Shown piece by piece: positions 46,694 through 56,022 of a stretch of DNA of 64,000 nt. A program made the position numbers and the translations under genes. The notes under the pieces are model-generated. The model did no database searches, was not told the origin of the DNA, and saw only the letters and a program-made list of their open reading frames with translations. The stretch spans positions 608,001 to 672,000 of the forward strand of contig CAWGHO010000002.1 in NCBI GenBank assembly GCA_963822445.1. The letters are read 5' to 3'. Every line of letters begins with the position of its first letter. The first letter of the stretch is position 1. Origin of the DNA: an uncultured Acidobacteriota bacterium (lineage in GTDB: Bacteria; Acidobacteriota; Thermoanaerobaculia; Gp7-AA8).

Positions 46694-49162
46694 TCACTCG
46701 AACGAGTGCGCAAAGTTCCCGATCACGGCCGGCTTGATTCCCCAGATGTCCCGCGCGTACTCGGCGACGGTCCGGTCGGATGAGAACTTGCCCATGCGGG
46801 CGATGTTGAGCACCGACTTTTTCAGCCAGGCGTTGCGGTCGGTGTAGGCGAGATCGACGTTCCGCTGGGCTTCGACGTACGCGGGGAGGTCGGCGAGGTG
46901 CACGTACTCGTCGCGCGTCGACAGGAGCTTCGCGACGATGGGGCGGAAGATGTCCTTGTCCCCTCGCGAGAAATGTCCGGAGGAGATCGAGTCGACGGCG
47001 CGGCGCATCCAGCGATGCTCGTGCAGGTAACGCTGCGGGTCGTACCCGTCGGTCATCAGCGTCTCGACCTGATCCGCCTCCATTCCGAAGATGAAGATGT
47101 TCTCCTCCCCCACCTCGTCGCGGATCTCGATATTCGCGCCATCGAGCGTGCCGATCGTGAGGGCGCCGTTCAGAGCCAGCTTCATGTTGCCGGTGCCCGA
47201 CGCTTCTTTCCCCGCCGTGGAAATCTGCTCGGAGAGCTCGGCCGCCGGCATGATCGCCTCGGCCAGCGTCACGCGGTAATCAGGCAGATACACGACGCGC
47301 AGCCAGTCCCGCGACCGCGGATCGGCATTCACCACCTCGGCGATCGAGTGAATGAGCTTGATGATCAGCTTCGCCATCCAGTAGCCCGGCGCGGCCTTGC
47401 CGGCGAAGATGACCGTGCGCGATTGAATGGGCTTGGTCCGATCTTCGATCAGCTCCCAGTAGCGTTGAATGACATGCAGCGCGTTCAGAAGCTGCCGCTT
47501 GTATTCGTGAATGCGCTTCACCTGCACGTCGAACATCGATCGCGGATCGACGGTCACGCCGGTCAGTTCCTTCGTGAGCTTCGCCAGGGCGACCTTGTTC
47601 CGCCGCTTGACCGTATCGAGACGCTCGAGCAGCGCGGGATCATCCGCGAACAGCTCCAGCTCGCGCAGGCGATCGAGGTCCGTGACCCATTCGTCGCCGA
47701 TGGTTTTCGTGATCAACGACGCGAGCGGACGGTTCGCATGCAGCAGCCAGCGCCGCGGCGTCACGCCGTTCGTCTTGTTGTTGAAGCGCTCCGGATACAG
47801 ACGGAAAAAACCGGGCGCGAGCGATGTCGTGACGAGCTTCGAGTGCAATTCGGCGACACCATTGACCGAGTGACTGCCGGTCATGGCCAGGTTGGCCATG
47901 CGCACGTCGCCCTCGGCCAGAATCGAAACGTCATGCTGCATGGCGATGTCGCCGGGAAAGCGCCGCTCCACTTCCGCGAGCAGGCGGCGGTTGATCTCCT
48001 GAATGATCTGCACGTGCCGCGGCAGCACGCGTTGCATCAGTTCGAACGGCCACTTCTCCAGCGCCTCGGGCAGAAGCGTGTGATTCGTGTAGCCGCAGGT
48101 GCCGACGGTGAGTGCCCACGCTTCCTCCCACGGCATCCGCTCTTCGTCCACGAACACGCGCATGAGCTCCGCGATGGTCAGCGCGGGATGGGTGTCGTTC
48201 AGTTGAATGGCGGTCTTCGCGGCGAGCTCGCGGAAGGACTCGTGCGTCTGGCGGTAACGCTTGAGGATGTCGCGGACGGCGCAGGCAACGAGGAAGTACT
48301 CCTGCAGCAGCCGCAGCTCGCGTCCGGCGGCGACGGTGTCCGAGGGATACAGGACTTTGGAGATCGACTCGCCGGTGATCTTGTCCTGTACCGCGCGGAT
48401 GTAATCGCCGGAGTTGAAGATGCCGATGTCGAACTGATCGGACGCGCGCGCGGAGAAGAGCCGCAACACGTTCACGGTGCGGCCGCCGTATCCGACGATG
48501 GGCATGTCGTGCGGCACGCCGACGATCACTTTGAAATCGACCCACTTCGGCGAATACACACCGCCCTCGGTCGCATGCGCGATGGAGCCATAAACCGGAA
48601 TCTCGACCGCCTCGTCGATCCGCTCGATCAGCCAGGGCGATCCGCCGTCGAGCCAGTGATCGGGCTTCTCGTGCTGATAGCCGTTGATGAAGTTCTGGCG
48701 GAAGAGACCGAACTCGTAGTTGATGCCGTAGCCGAAGCCGGGCATGTCCAGCGTCGCCAGTGAATCGAGGAAGCAGGCCGCGAGGCGGCCCAGGCCACCG
48801 TTGCCGAGGGCCGCGTCGGGCTCGAAGGATTCCAGCTCTTCGAAGTCGGCGCCGAGCTCGGAGACGACGCTCCGGGCCTCGTCGTACAGGCCGAGGTTGG
48901 AGAGGTTGTTCCCGAGGGCGCGGCCCATGAGGAACTCCATGGAGAGGTAGTAAAGGCGCTTGGCGTCCTGCTCGCGATATCGGCGCTCGCTCTCCCGCAT
49001 GGCGTCGAGCGCGGGCCGGCGCACGGCCGCGGCCAGAGCGTGCAGTTGTTCGCGGTGCGAGGCCTCGCTCCAGACCCGGCCTTTCGCGAACCGGAGGAAC
49101 GACTCGATGCCCTCGCGCAGATGCACGTGCCCGCGGGAGGTGTTGCTGTCGGTACTGCGCAT
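46694..49162 (-). CDS. glgP: Glycogen/starch/alpha-glucan phosphorylase
   Basis: YYLSMEFLMGR, ALGNGGLGRLAAC, QLNDTHP, KRIHEYKRQ and EASGTGNMK (PLP lysine) motifs. Confidence 0.96.
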   Translation of the reverse strand: MRSTDSNTSRGHVHLREGIESFLRFAKGRVWSEASHREQLHALAAAVRRPALDAMRESERRYREQDAKRLYYLSMEFLMGRALGNNLSNLGLYDEARSVVSELGADFEELESFEPDAALGNGGLGRLAACFLDSLATLDMPGFGYGINYEFGLFRQNFINGYQHEKPDHWLDGGSPWLIERIDEAVEIPVYGSIAHATEGGVYSPKWVDFKVIVGVPHDMPIVGYGGRTVNVLRLFSARASDQFDIGIFNSGDYIRAVQDKITGESISKVLYPSDTVAAGRELRLLQEYFLVACAVRDILKRYRQTHESFRELAAKTAIQLNDTHPALTIAELMRVFVDEERMPWEEAWALTVGTCGYTNHTLLPEALEKWPFELMQRVLPRHVQIIQEINRRLLAEVERRFPGDIAMQHDVSILAEGDVRMANLAMTGSHSVNGVAELHSKLVTTSLAPGFFRLYPERFNNKTNGVTPRRWLLHANRPLASLITKTIGDEWVTDLDRLRELELFADDPALLERLDTVKRRNKVALAKLTKELTGVTVDPRSMFDVQVKRIHEYKRQLLNALHVIQRYWELIEDRTKPIQSRTVIFAGKAAPGYWMAKLIIKLIHSIAEVVNADPRSRDWLRVVYLPDYRVTLAEAIMPAAELSEQISTAGKEASGTGNMKLALNGALTIGTLDGANIEIRDEVGEENIFIFGMEADQVETLMTDGYDPQRYLHEHRWMRRAVDSISSGHFSRGDKDIFRPIVAKLLSTRDEYVHLADLPAYVEAQRNVDLAYTDRNAWLKKSVLNIARMGKFSSDRTVAEYARDIWGIKPAVIGNFAHSFE

Positions 49163-49170
49163 GGTTCGTT

Positions 49171-49283
49171 AGTTTATGCCGCGCGAAGACGCGGCATCTC
49201 CCGGTTATACCGCGACAGCCCGAACTTGGGCGGAGACCGTCGCCGCGCACGGAGTGATCCCGCGTCTTCGCGCGGGATAAACT
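49171..49283. repeat. REPIN-like element with 28-bp inverted arms (AGTTTAT family)
   Basis: The left arm agtttatgccgcgcgaagacgcggcatc and the reverse complement of the right arm agtttatcccgcgcgaagacgcgggatc differ at only two positions, which form a compensatory pair. Confidence 0.8.
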
Positions 49284-49290
49284 GTGCGCG

Positions 49291-50745
49291 TTGGTCCCTT
49301 CCATTTCCATTCGCAAGGTCGCCGTGTGCGTCGCGGTTGCGGCGCTGCTCCTCTTTCTGCCCGTGAAAGGCGACTTCACCCACGCCGTGCGATTCACGGC
49401 GTTCACCGGGCTGCTGATGGCGTTGCTGTGGCTGACCGAGGCCATGCCGATGGGGATGACGGCGCTGATTCCGCTCATCGCCTTTCCCCTCGCCGGCGTG
49501 AACAGCATGGAGAAAACCGCGGCGCCTTACGCCAACTCCGCGGTGTTCCTGTTCATGGGCGGCTTCCTGGTGGCGTCGACCTTCGAGCGATGGGGACTGC
49601 ACCGGCGGATGGCGCATTTCGCATTGGTCCGCGTGGGCACGGAGCCGCGGCGGATCGTGCTGGCGGTGATCATCGTGACGGCGTTTCTGTCGATGTGGAT
49701 GTCGAACACGGCCACCACGCTGATGATGACGCCCATCGCCGTGGCCATCGTGGGCGGTCTGGGCACGAGCAGCGATCGCACCGCGGAAGCGACTCTGCTC
49801 GGCGTCGCCTACGCGGCATCCCTCGGTGGCATCGGCACGCCGATCGGCACGCCGACCAATCTGATCTTCCTCGGCGCCGCGCGCGAGCTCTTTCCGCTGG
49901 AGAAGACCGTCACCTTCGCGCAGTGGATGATGTTCGGCGTCGCCTATCTGATTCTGCTGGTCCCTGTCTGCTGGCTGCTCGTGATTTACGTGGCGAAAGT
50001 GCCGAAAGGCGCGGCGGTCCCGATCGACCAACTCGGCATCGAGAAGCCGGGCTTCATGAGCCGGCCGGAGAAAACGGCTCTGATCCTCTGCGCGGCGACG
50101 GCGTTGCTCTGGATCTTCCGCGCGAACATCGACCTCGGCGCGTGGACCATTCCCGGATGGTCCAGCATCTTCCCCGTCGCCAAGAACATCAACGACGCGA
50201 CGGTGGCCGTGGCCATGGCCATCCTCGCGTTTCTGCTGCCTGTCGGCGGAGAAAAACGGCTGCTGGAGTGGGAGGAGTTCAAGCGCATTCCCTGGGATGT
50301 GCTGATTCTCTTCGGCGGCGGATTCGCGCTCGCGGACGCGCTCGAGTCCAGCGGATTTTCGAAGTGGGCTGGAGCGCGATTGTCGTTCGTGGGCCAGTGG
50401 GCGCCGGTGCTGATGATCATCGCCATCTGCATCGTGGTGACGATGCTTTCCGAAGTTGCTTCGAACGTGGCGACGGCGACGGCGATGATGCCCATCGCGG
50501 CCGCGCTGGCGACCTCGATCGGCGTGCACCCGTACTTTCTGATGATTCCGGCCGTGCTCGCGGCGTCGTCGGGATTCATGCTGCCGGTAGCGACCGCGCC
50601 GAACACGATCGTCTACGCGACCGGTCACGTGCGCGTGAAAGCGATGGCGCGAACGGGCCTGCTGCTCGATCTCGCGGCGGCGCTGGTGATCACCTTCCTG
50701 ATCTTCACCGTCGTGCCGTGGGCCACCGGAATCGTGATGCCGTGA
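49291..50745 (+). CDS. SLC13/DASS family di/tricarboxylate or sulfate:sodium symporter
   Basis: LSMWMSNTAT, GGIGTPIGTPTN, SEVASNVAT and FMLPVATAPN motifs. Start codon uncertain. Confidence 0.9.
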   Translation: MVPSISIRKVAVCVAVAALLLFLPVKGDFTHAVRFTAFTGLLMALLWLTEAMPMGMTALIPLIAFPLAGVNSMEKTAAPYANSAVFLFMGGFLVASTFERWGLHRRMAHFALVRVGTEPRRIVLAVIIVTAFLSMWMSNTATTLMMTPIAVAIVGGLGTSSDRTAEATLLGVAYAASLGGIGTPIGTPTNLIFLGAARELFPLEKTVTFAQWMMFGVAYLILLVPVCWLLVIYVAKVPKGAAVPIDQLGIEKPGFMSRPEKTALILCAATALLWIFRANIDLGAWTIPGWSSIFPVAKNINDATVAVAMAILAFLLPVGGEKRLLEWEEFKRIPWDVLILFGGGFALADALESSGFSKWAGARLSFVGQWAPVLMIIAICIVVTMLSEVASNVATATAMMPIAAALATSIGVHPYFLMIPAVLAASSGFMLPVATAPNTIVYATGHVRVKAMARTGLLLDLAAALVITFLIFTVVPWATGIVMP

Positions 50746-50746
50746 T

Positions 50747-50771
50747 CAGACAAGAGTGTCTGCTCTACGTC
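50747..50771. repeat. REP-like palindrome, GTAG family (copy 2, partial)
   Basis: cagacaagagtgtctgctctacgtc is 24/25 identical to 2777..2801 and fills the gap between convergent stop codons. Confidence 0.75.
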
Positions 50772-53169
50772 ATCCCTTGCGATTGCGCATCCGTGTCGTA
50801 TTCGGGGCCTTGGTGGCTCCGTCGTCGACAGTGACCAGCACGTGGTGGAGATGGGAGACGTTCGCGTCGTCGATCACTTCGACGTCGATCGTGTACGTCC
50901 GCGCCTTGCCGTTGCTCTTCTCCGCGCGGAGGTTCAGCGTGAGCGGACCGGTGACGACCCAGTCCGGCGAGGTGTTGTCGTTCGGATCGTTGTCGTCCGA
51001 AGAAACCCCGACGATCTGCGCCGTGAACGCGGAGTTGTCGCTGATGGTGACGTTGATCGTGACCGCGACCATCTTGTGATCCGGCGGCCAGAGGCTCGAC
51101 GGGGACGCGGTTACGGTGATCGTTCGCTGCGTGGTCTGCGTGACGGTCACGGTGAACGAGCCGTTCGCGGTATTGCCGCGCGTGTCGGCCGCGGAACAGT
51201 TCACGGTGGTCGTGCCGGCGCTGAACGTCGAGCCGGAGGGCGGCGTGCAGGTGACGGTGACGCTGCCGTCGACGAGGTCGGTCGCCGTCGCGGTGTAGGT
51301 CACAGTGGATTGCGCGGTGGTGATGTCGTCGGGCAGCGTGAGAACCGGCGCGGTCGTGTCGACGACATGGATGAGGAATGAGCCGCTGACGCTCCCCGCG
51401 CTGCATTGCACGGTGGTCGTGCCGAGCGGGAACAGCGAGCCGGATGCCGGCGCGCAGGTGACACCGGCGGTCGTCGGCCGCCCGTTCTCATCGTCATCGC
51501 CGTTGCCGCCGGTGGTCGTAACGACGAAGGTCACCATCGCGCCAGACGGTCCGTCCGCCTCGGCGGTGATGTCGTCGGGAAGGTCGAGCGTGGGCGGCGG
51601 TGGCGGCACGTCGGGCGGCGTCACGGTGACGTCGAATCCGCCATTCGCGGTGTTGCCGCGCGAGTCGCTCGCCGAGCAGGTCACTGAGGTCGTGCCGACG
51701 GGGAATGTCGATCCCGAGGCCGGCGAACAGGTCACGCTGACGTCGCCGTCGACCAGATCGTTCGCTGAGGCGGTGTAGTTCACAACGGAACCGTTGTCTG
51801 AAGTTCCGCCGACGGTGAAGCTGCGCGGCAGATCCAGCGCAGGCGCGGTGGTGTCGACGACGGTGACGGTGAAGCTGTCGCTGGTCGAGCCGCCGCTGTC
51901 GGTCGCGGTGCACTGAACGGTGGTTACGCCGAGGGGGAAGGTCGATCCCGAGGCCGGTGAGCAGGAGACGGTGACCGGATCGTTCGGACGTCCGTTCTCG
52001 TCGTCGCCCATCCCGCCGTTGCGTCCGGATGCCGAGAACGAGACCTGTGCACCGGCGGCGCTGGTCGCCTCGACGGTCATGTCCTCGGGAACGTCGATCT
52101 CAGGCGGCGGAGCAGGAGCCGGCGGCTCCGTCACGGTGACGCTGAACCCGCCGTTCGCGGTGTTGCCGCGCGAATCGCTCGCCGTGCAGCTGACAGGTGT
52201 CGTGCCGACGGGGAATGTCGATCCCGAGGCCGGCGAACAGGTCACGCTGACGTCGCCGTCGACCAGATCCGTTGCCGATGCGCTGTACGAGACGGTCGCG
52301 CCGCTGTTGGAGGTTCCGGCGACGGTGAAACTTTGCGGCAGGTTGAGGGCGGGCGCGGTCGTGTCGACGACCGTGATGGTGAAGCTCTCGCTCGACGACC
52401 CGCCGCTGTCGGTGGCGGTGCATTGAACGGTCGTTACGCCGATGGGGAAGGTCGATCCGGAGGCTGGCGAGCAGGAGACGCTGACGGGATCATTCGGGCG
52501 TCCGTTTTCGTCATCGCCGCCGTTCTGTCCGGATGCGGAGAACGAGACCTGTGCACCCGCGGCACTCGTCGCCTCGACGGTCATGTCGTCCGGAACGTCG
52601 ATTTCAGGCGGAGGAGGAGGAGCCGGCGCGGTCACGGTGACGCTGAATGAACCGCTGCTTTGGTTGCCGGAAAAATCGGAGGTCGTGCAGTTGACGAGGG
52701 TGGTGCCGACGGGAAACACACCCGGTCCGGGAGTGCAGGACGCACCGCGAACACCGTCCACGATGTCGGTGCCGTTGACGGTGAAGGAAACGGCCGCGCC
52801 CTGATTCGAAGACGCGGGAACTGTGAAGTCCCCGGGCAGGTGCAGCGTCGGCGCGGTGGTGTCGGTCACGATGACCTGAAAGCTTCCGGTTGCCGATCCG
52901 TTCGAGTCGGTGGCGCTGCACTGAACCGTGGTCGTGCCGAGCGAAAACCGCGAGCCCGAAGCGGGATGGCAATCGACGCCGGCAGGTCCATCGAGAGGGC
53001 GTCCGTTGACGTCGTCCGCGCTTCCGTCACTACTGGCCAACACCGAGTAGGTCACGATCGCGCCGGCGGGTCCCGTGGCTTCTGCCGAGACCGAGCCGGG
53101 AAGACTCAGGCTCGCGGCACACAGCGGCACTGCCAATGCGAGCACCACCAGGCAGACGATCGAACGCAT
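50770..53169 (-). CDS. Secreted HYR-repeat protein
   Basis: Signal peptide; about eight DTTAP…C.PASGSTFP.G.T.V.C.A.D HYR repeats; C-terminal LWPPDHKM…LRAEK domain; an internal ~505-510-bp near-identical DNA duplication. Confidence 0.88.
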   Translation of the reverse strand: MRSIVCLVVLALAVPLCAASLSLPGSVSAEATGPAGAIVTYSVLASSDGSADDVNGRPLDGPAGVDCHPASGSRFSLGTTTVQCSATDSNGSATGSFQVIVTDTTAPTLHLPGDFTVPASSNQGAAVSFTVNGTDIVDGVRGASCTPGPGVFPVGTTLVNCTTSDFSGNQSSGSFSVTVTAPAPPPPPEIDVPDDMTVEATSAAGAQVSFSASGQNGGDDENGRPNDPVSVSCSPASGSTFPIGVTTVQCTATDSGGSSSESFTITVVDTTAPALNLPQSFTVAGTSNSGATVSYSASATDLVDGDVSVTCSPASGSTFPVGTTPVSCTASDSRGNTANGGFSVTVTEPPAPAPPPEIDVPEDMTVEATSAAGAQVSFSASGRNGGMGDDENGRPNDPVTVSCSPASGSTFPLGVTTVQCTATDSGGSTSDSFTVTVVDTTAPALDLPRSFTVGGTSDNGSVVNYTASANDLVDGDVSVTCSPASGSTFPVGTTSVTCSASDSRGNTANGGFDVTVTPPDVPPPPPTLDLPDDITAEADGPSGAMVTFVVTTTGGNGDDDENGRPTTAGVTCAPASGSLFPLGTTTVQCSAGSVSGSFLIHVVDTTAPVLTLPDDITTAQSTVTYTATATDLVDGSVTVTCTPPSGSTFSAGTTTVNCSAADTRGNTANGSFTVTVTQTTQRTITVTASPSSLWPPDHKMVAVTINVTISDNSAFTAQIVGVSSDDNDPNDNTSPDWVVTGPLTLNLRAEKSNGKARTYTIDVEVIDDANVSHLHHVLVTVDDGATKAPNTTRMRNRKG

Positions 53170-53215
53170 GCAGGACCTCCGACGGACGTTTACGGAAAGA
53201 AGATTCTACGTCAGA

Positions 53216-55954
53216 TCAACCCTGCAGGAGATCCTCCAACTCTTCCTTGCTGAACTGTTTCACGAGTGACGGGTCATCGGTCCTGATGAGCTCCGTGGCC
53301 AGTGCGCCTTTGCTGGTGATGAGCGCATCGATCTTCTCCTCGATCGTTCCGCGGGTGATGAGCTTGATTACCTGCACGCCCTGGTTCTGGCCGAGTCGGT
53401 GAACGCGGTCGGTGGCCTGGTCCTCGCGGGCCTGATTCCACCAGCGGTCGTAGTGGATGACCACCGACGCCGGCGTCAGATCGATCCCCAGTCCGCCCGC
53501 GCGGAGACTGGCCGTGAACACGCGGCAATCGGGATCGTCGCGGAATCGCGCGACCTCCTTGCCCCGCTCGCGCGTACCGCCTTTGATCGACGCGTAGCCG
53601 ATGTCGTTCTGAAACAGGTGCCGCTCGATGAGGGCGAGCATCGACAGGTACTGGCTGAACACGACCACCTTCAGGCCGCTGCTCATGCACTCGTCGAGGA
53701 GCTCGATGAACGTCTCCCACTTGCCGGAAGTCACGTCCGCGGAGAATCCGCCGCCGACGGACGCCGGGTGATTGCAGATCTGCTTGAGGTAATTCAGGGC
53801 CGCGAAGATGTGCACGTAAGACACCCTCGCACCTGCATGGAGCTGTGAGCGCAACGGCTTTGCGCGCGCCTCGATCACCCGGCGATACAGCGCGCGCTGC
53901 TCGCCGGTGAGCTCGCAGTAGCGTTTGTCGACGATCTTCGGCGGGAGCTGCGTGAGCACCTGCGCTTTCGTGCGGCGAAGCACGAACGGACGGACGAGGC
54001 GTTGCAGCGTGGCGCGGTCGTCGACGTACTTCGGCAGATAACCCGGCACCACGAAATCGAGCAGCGCCTTCAGCTCTCCTTCGTGATTTTCGATCGGCGT
54101 TCCGGTGAGGCCGATGGCCACACGCTTCTCGATCGCACGCAACGCGTGATGCGTGGCCGTGTCGGCGTTCTTGATGGTCTGCATCTCATCGAGGACGACC
54201 AGATCGAAGCGCTTGCCGCGGAACTGCTCGATGCGGCTGCGCACGATGCCGTACGTCGTCAGCGTGACCGGAACATTCGGGATGTAGCGCGCGAGCTTGT
54301 CCCGCCAGTGATCGAGCACCGAGGTCGGGCAAACGATGAGGATCTGCTGCGATGGATCGACGTGCGTGACGGCGCGGATCAAGGCGAGGGCCTGATGGGT
54401 CTTGCCGAGGCCCATGTCGTCGCAGAGCAGGCCGCCGAAGCCGTTGTGCTGCAGGAGCCACAGCCAGTGATAACCGGTGTGCTGGTACGCGTACAGGTCG
54501 AGGCCGAGCATGGCCGGCGATGGAGCGTCGGCCGCGGTCTGCACCTGATCGAACATGCTGAAAACCTGCTCGCACGATGGATCGCCGCGAAACATCGCCG
54601 TGCCACGAAGCGATCCGCGGATCCGCAGCAACTCCAGCTTCGTGACGAGCACGTGCCCTCGCGGTCCGATGGTGGTTTCGTCGAGCCAGGCGAACTGGGG
54701 ATCGGTGACGTCGATCCACAGAGTCTCGCGAATCAGCGCCCTCGCCCCGTCCTTGCGCGCTTTCGCGATCTCCGCCGCGGTCACACCATGCTCGAAGGTG
54801 ATCTCGATCTCGAGCAGATCGGTGGTGTGGTGTAGACCTCCGGCCTGCCTATCGATCCCCCCACCCGTGGGCAGGCCGGAGGCCCGCACCACACGCGGCG
54901 CAAACTGGAACACTACCTCCCCCGCCAGCTTCACCGGTCGCGCGTTGCGAACCACCTCCGGCGCAAGTGCGGGCGGCAGCGTCGCCAGCTCGTCGCGATG
55001 CCGCTCGACGAACGCAAACACGTTCTCCTCGGCGATCAGCGTCTCGCGGTCATACGGCAGACCGGCGGCGGGCCGCACTTCGAAGAGCAGCGACTGATCG
55101 CGAGCCGTTTTCTCGGTGAACATCGGCGCGGCAGGCGCGGTTGACGCAAATCGATTCCTGAGGAAGAACCAGCGGCCGAACTGGGGCAGCGTTGCACGAT
55201 CGTGAATCACGCCACTCGCCGTGAGGAGCACTGGTGTGAATCGCAGTGCGCGCTGCTCCGTCACCTCGACCCGCAGCGACGACGTGAGCGATTGCGGCGC
55301 AACCTCGAAGCCGCTCGCGATCACGATTGCCGGCGCGGTGTTGATCACATGCTCCACGGCGCCCGCCGCCAACGGGATCGTCTGATCGCCCGCGAGCAGC
55401 CGGAATCCGCCCTCGTGCAACTCGAGACGCACCGTGCCGCCGTCGCGGAGGAACATCTCTTTCGACCAGCGATACCAGGGCGAGGTCTCGAACTTCAGCC
55501 GCACCGATCCCGATCCGCGCCGCAGCAGCTCCTGCTCCTGCTCGGTGAAGACGTACTTGCGCAGAAGCTGTTCGCGGGCGTCGGAGCCGTTGGCCTCAAT
55601 GGGACGGCCATCCTCGAACGACGCGAACGCGACCGCTCTCCAGACGCTGCCATCGAACCGCTCCGCGGTCGTCGCCCCATCCTCGGAAACGATCCGCGAT
55701 ACGAGAATCGCGACGTGCCTGCAGAAATCCCCCGCGCGGGTCCAGGCGGTGCAGGTGCAGCGGGCGGACTGCACGCGACCCGGCTCGAGCACGACCACCG
55801 GCGCGAACGTGCGGCGCTCGTTCTCGGTCACGTTCGCGGTGTAGGCGCTGCGGAAGAAGAGCGTGTCGGCGACGCGAAAGCGCGCGTCATTCGTCTCGAT
55901 CGTCTTGAGCGTGGCAGGGGAAAACGCGGAACGGTAGCGATCGGGAACGGGCAT
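53216..55954 (-). CDS. SWIM zinc-finger SNF2-family helicase/ATPase
   Basis: CTCTAWTRAGDFCRH (SWIM); LCDDMGLGKT, DEMQ, LTGTPIEN, LRRTK and QATDRVHRLGQ motifs. Likely start ATG 55954. Confidence 0.9.
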   Translation of the reverse strand: MPVPDRYRSAFSPATLKTIETNDARFRVADTLFFRSAYTANVTENERRTFAPVVVLEPGRVQSARCTCTAWTRAGDFCRHVAILVSRIVSEDGATTAERFDGSVWRAVAFASFEDGRPIEANGSDAREQLLRKYVFTEQEQELLRRGSGSVRLKFETSPWYRWSKEMFLRDGGTVRLELHEGGFRLLAGDQTIPLAAGAVEHVINTAPAIVIASGFEVAPQSLTSSLRVEVTEQRALRFTPVLLTASGVIHDRATLPQFGRWFFLRNRFASTAPAAPMFTEKTARDQSLLFEVRPAAGLPYDRETLIAEENVFAFVERHRDELATLPPALAPEVVRNARPVKLAGEVVFQFAPRVVRASGLPTGGGIDRQAGGLHHTTDLLEIEITFEHGVTAAEIAKARKDGARALIRETLWIDVTDPQFAWLDETTIGPRGHVLVTKLELLRIRGSLRGTAMFRGDPSCEQVFSMFDQVQTAADAPSPAMLGLDLYAYQHTGYHWLWLLQHNGFGGLLCDDMGLGKTHQALALIRAVTHVDPSQQILIVCPTSVLDHWRDKLARYIPNVPVTLTTYGIVRSRIEQFRGKRFDLVVLDEMQTIKNADTATHHALRAIEKRVAIGLTGTPIENHEGELKALLDFVVPGYLPKYVDDRATLQRLVRPFVLRRTKAQVLTQLPPKIVDKRYCELTGEQRALYRRVIEARAKPLRSQLHAGARVSYVHIFAALNYLKQICNHPASVGGGFSADVTSGKWETFIELLDECMSSGLKVVVFSQYLSMLALIERHLFQNDIGYASIKGGTRERGKEVARFRDDPDCRVFTASLRAGGLGIDLTPASVVIHYDRWWNQAREDQATDRVHRLGQNQGVQVIKLITRGTIEEKIDALITSKGALATELIRTDDPSLVKQFSKEELEDLLQG
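54825..54894. repeat. REPIN-like inverted repeat, GTGTGGTG family (copy 2, inside the SNF2 coding sequence)
   Basis: gtgtggtgtagacctccggcctgcc…ggcaggccggaggcccgcaccacac is homologous to 16296..16358. Confidence 0.8.
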
Positions 55955-55955
55955 G

Positions 55956-55992
55956 AAAAAAGGGACGGCGAACCATGACAGTTCGCCGTCCC
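55956..55992 (-). terminator. Intrinsic terminator after the second HYR gene
   Basis: Minus strand gggacggcgaac-tgtcatg-gttcgccgtccc-TTTTTT. Confidence 0.85.
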
Positions 55993-56022
55993 ACATTCAA
56001 GACTTGAAGTTTTGCGTTTTTC

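Noticed and set aside
53216-55954. SNF2 helicase as part of an anti-phage defence system
   Set aside because: It has the SWIM-SNF2 architecture and no adjacent methylase, nuclease or other defence genes; the PLD gene is 24 kb away and looks like an exported lipid-modifying enzyme.
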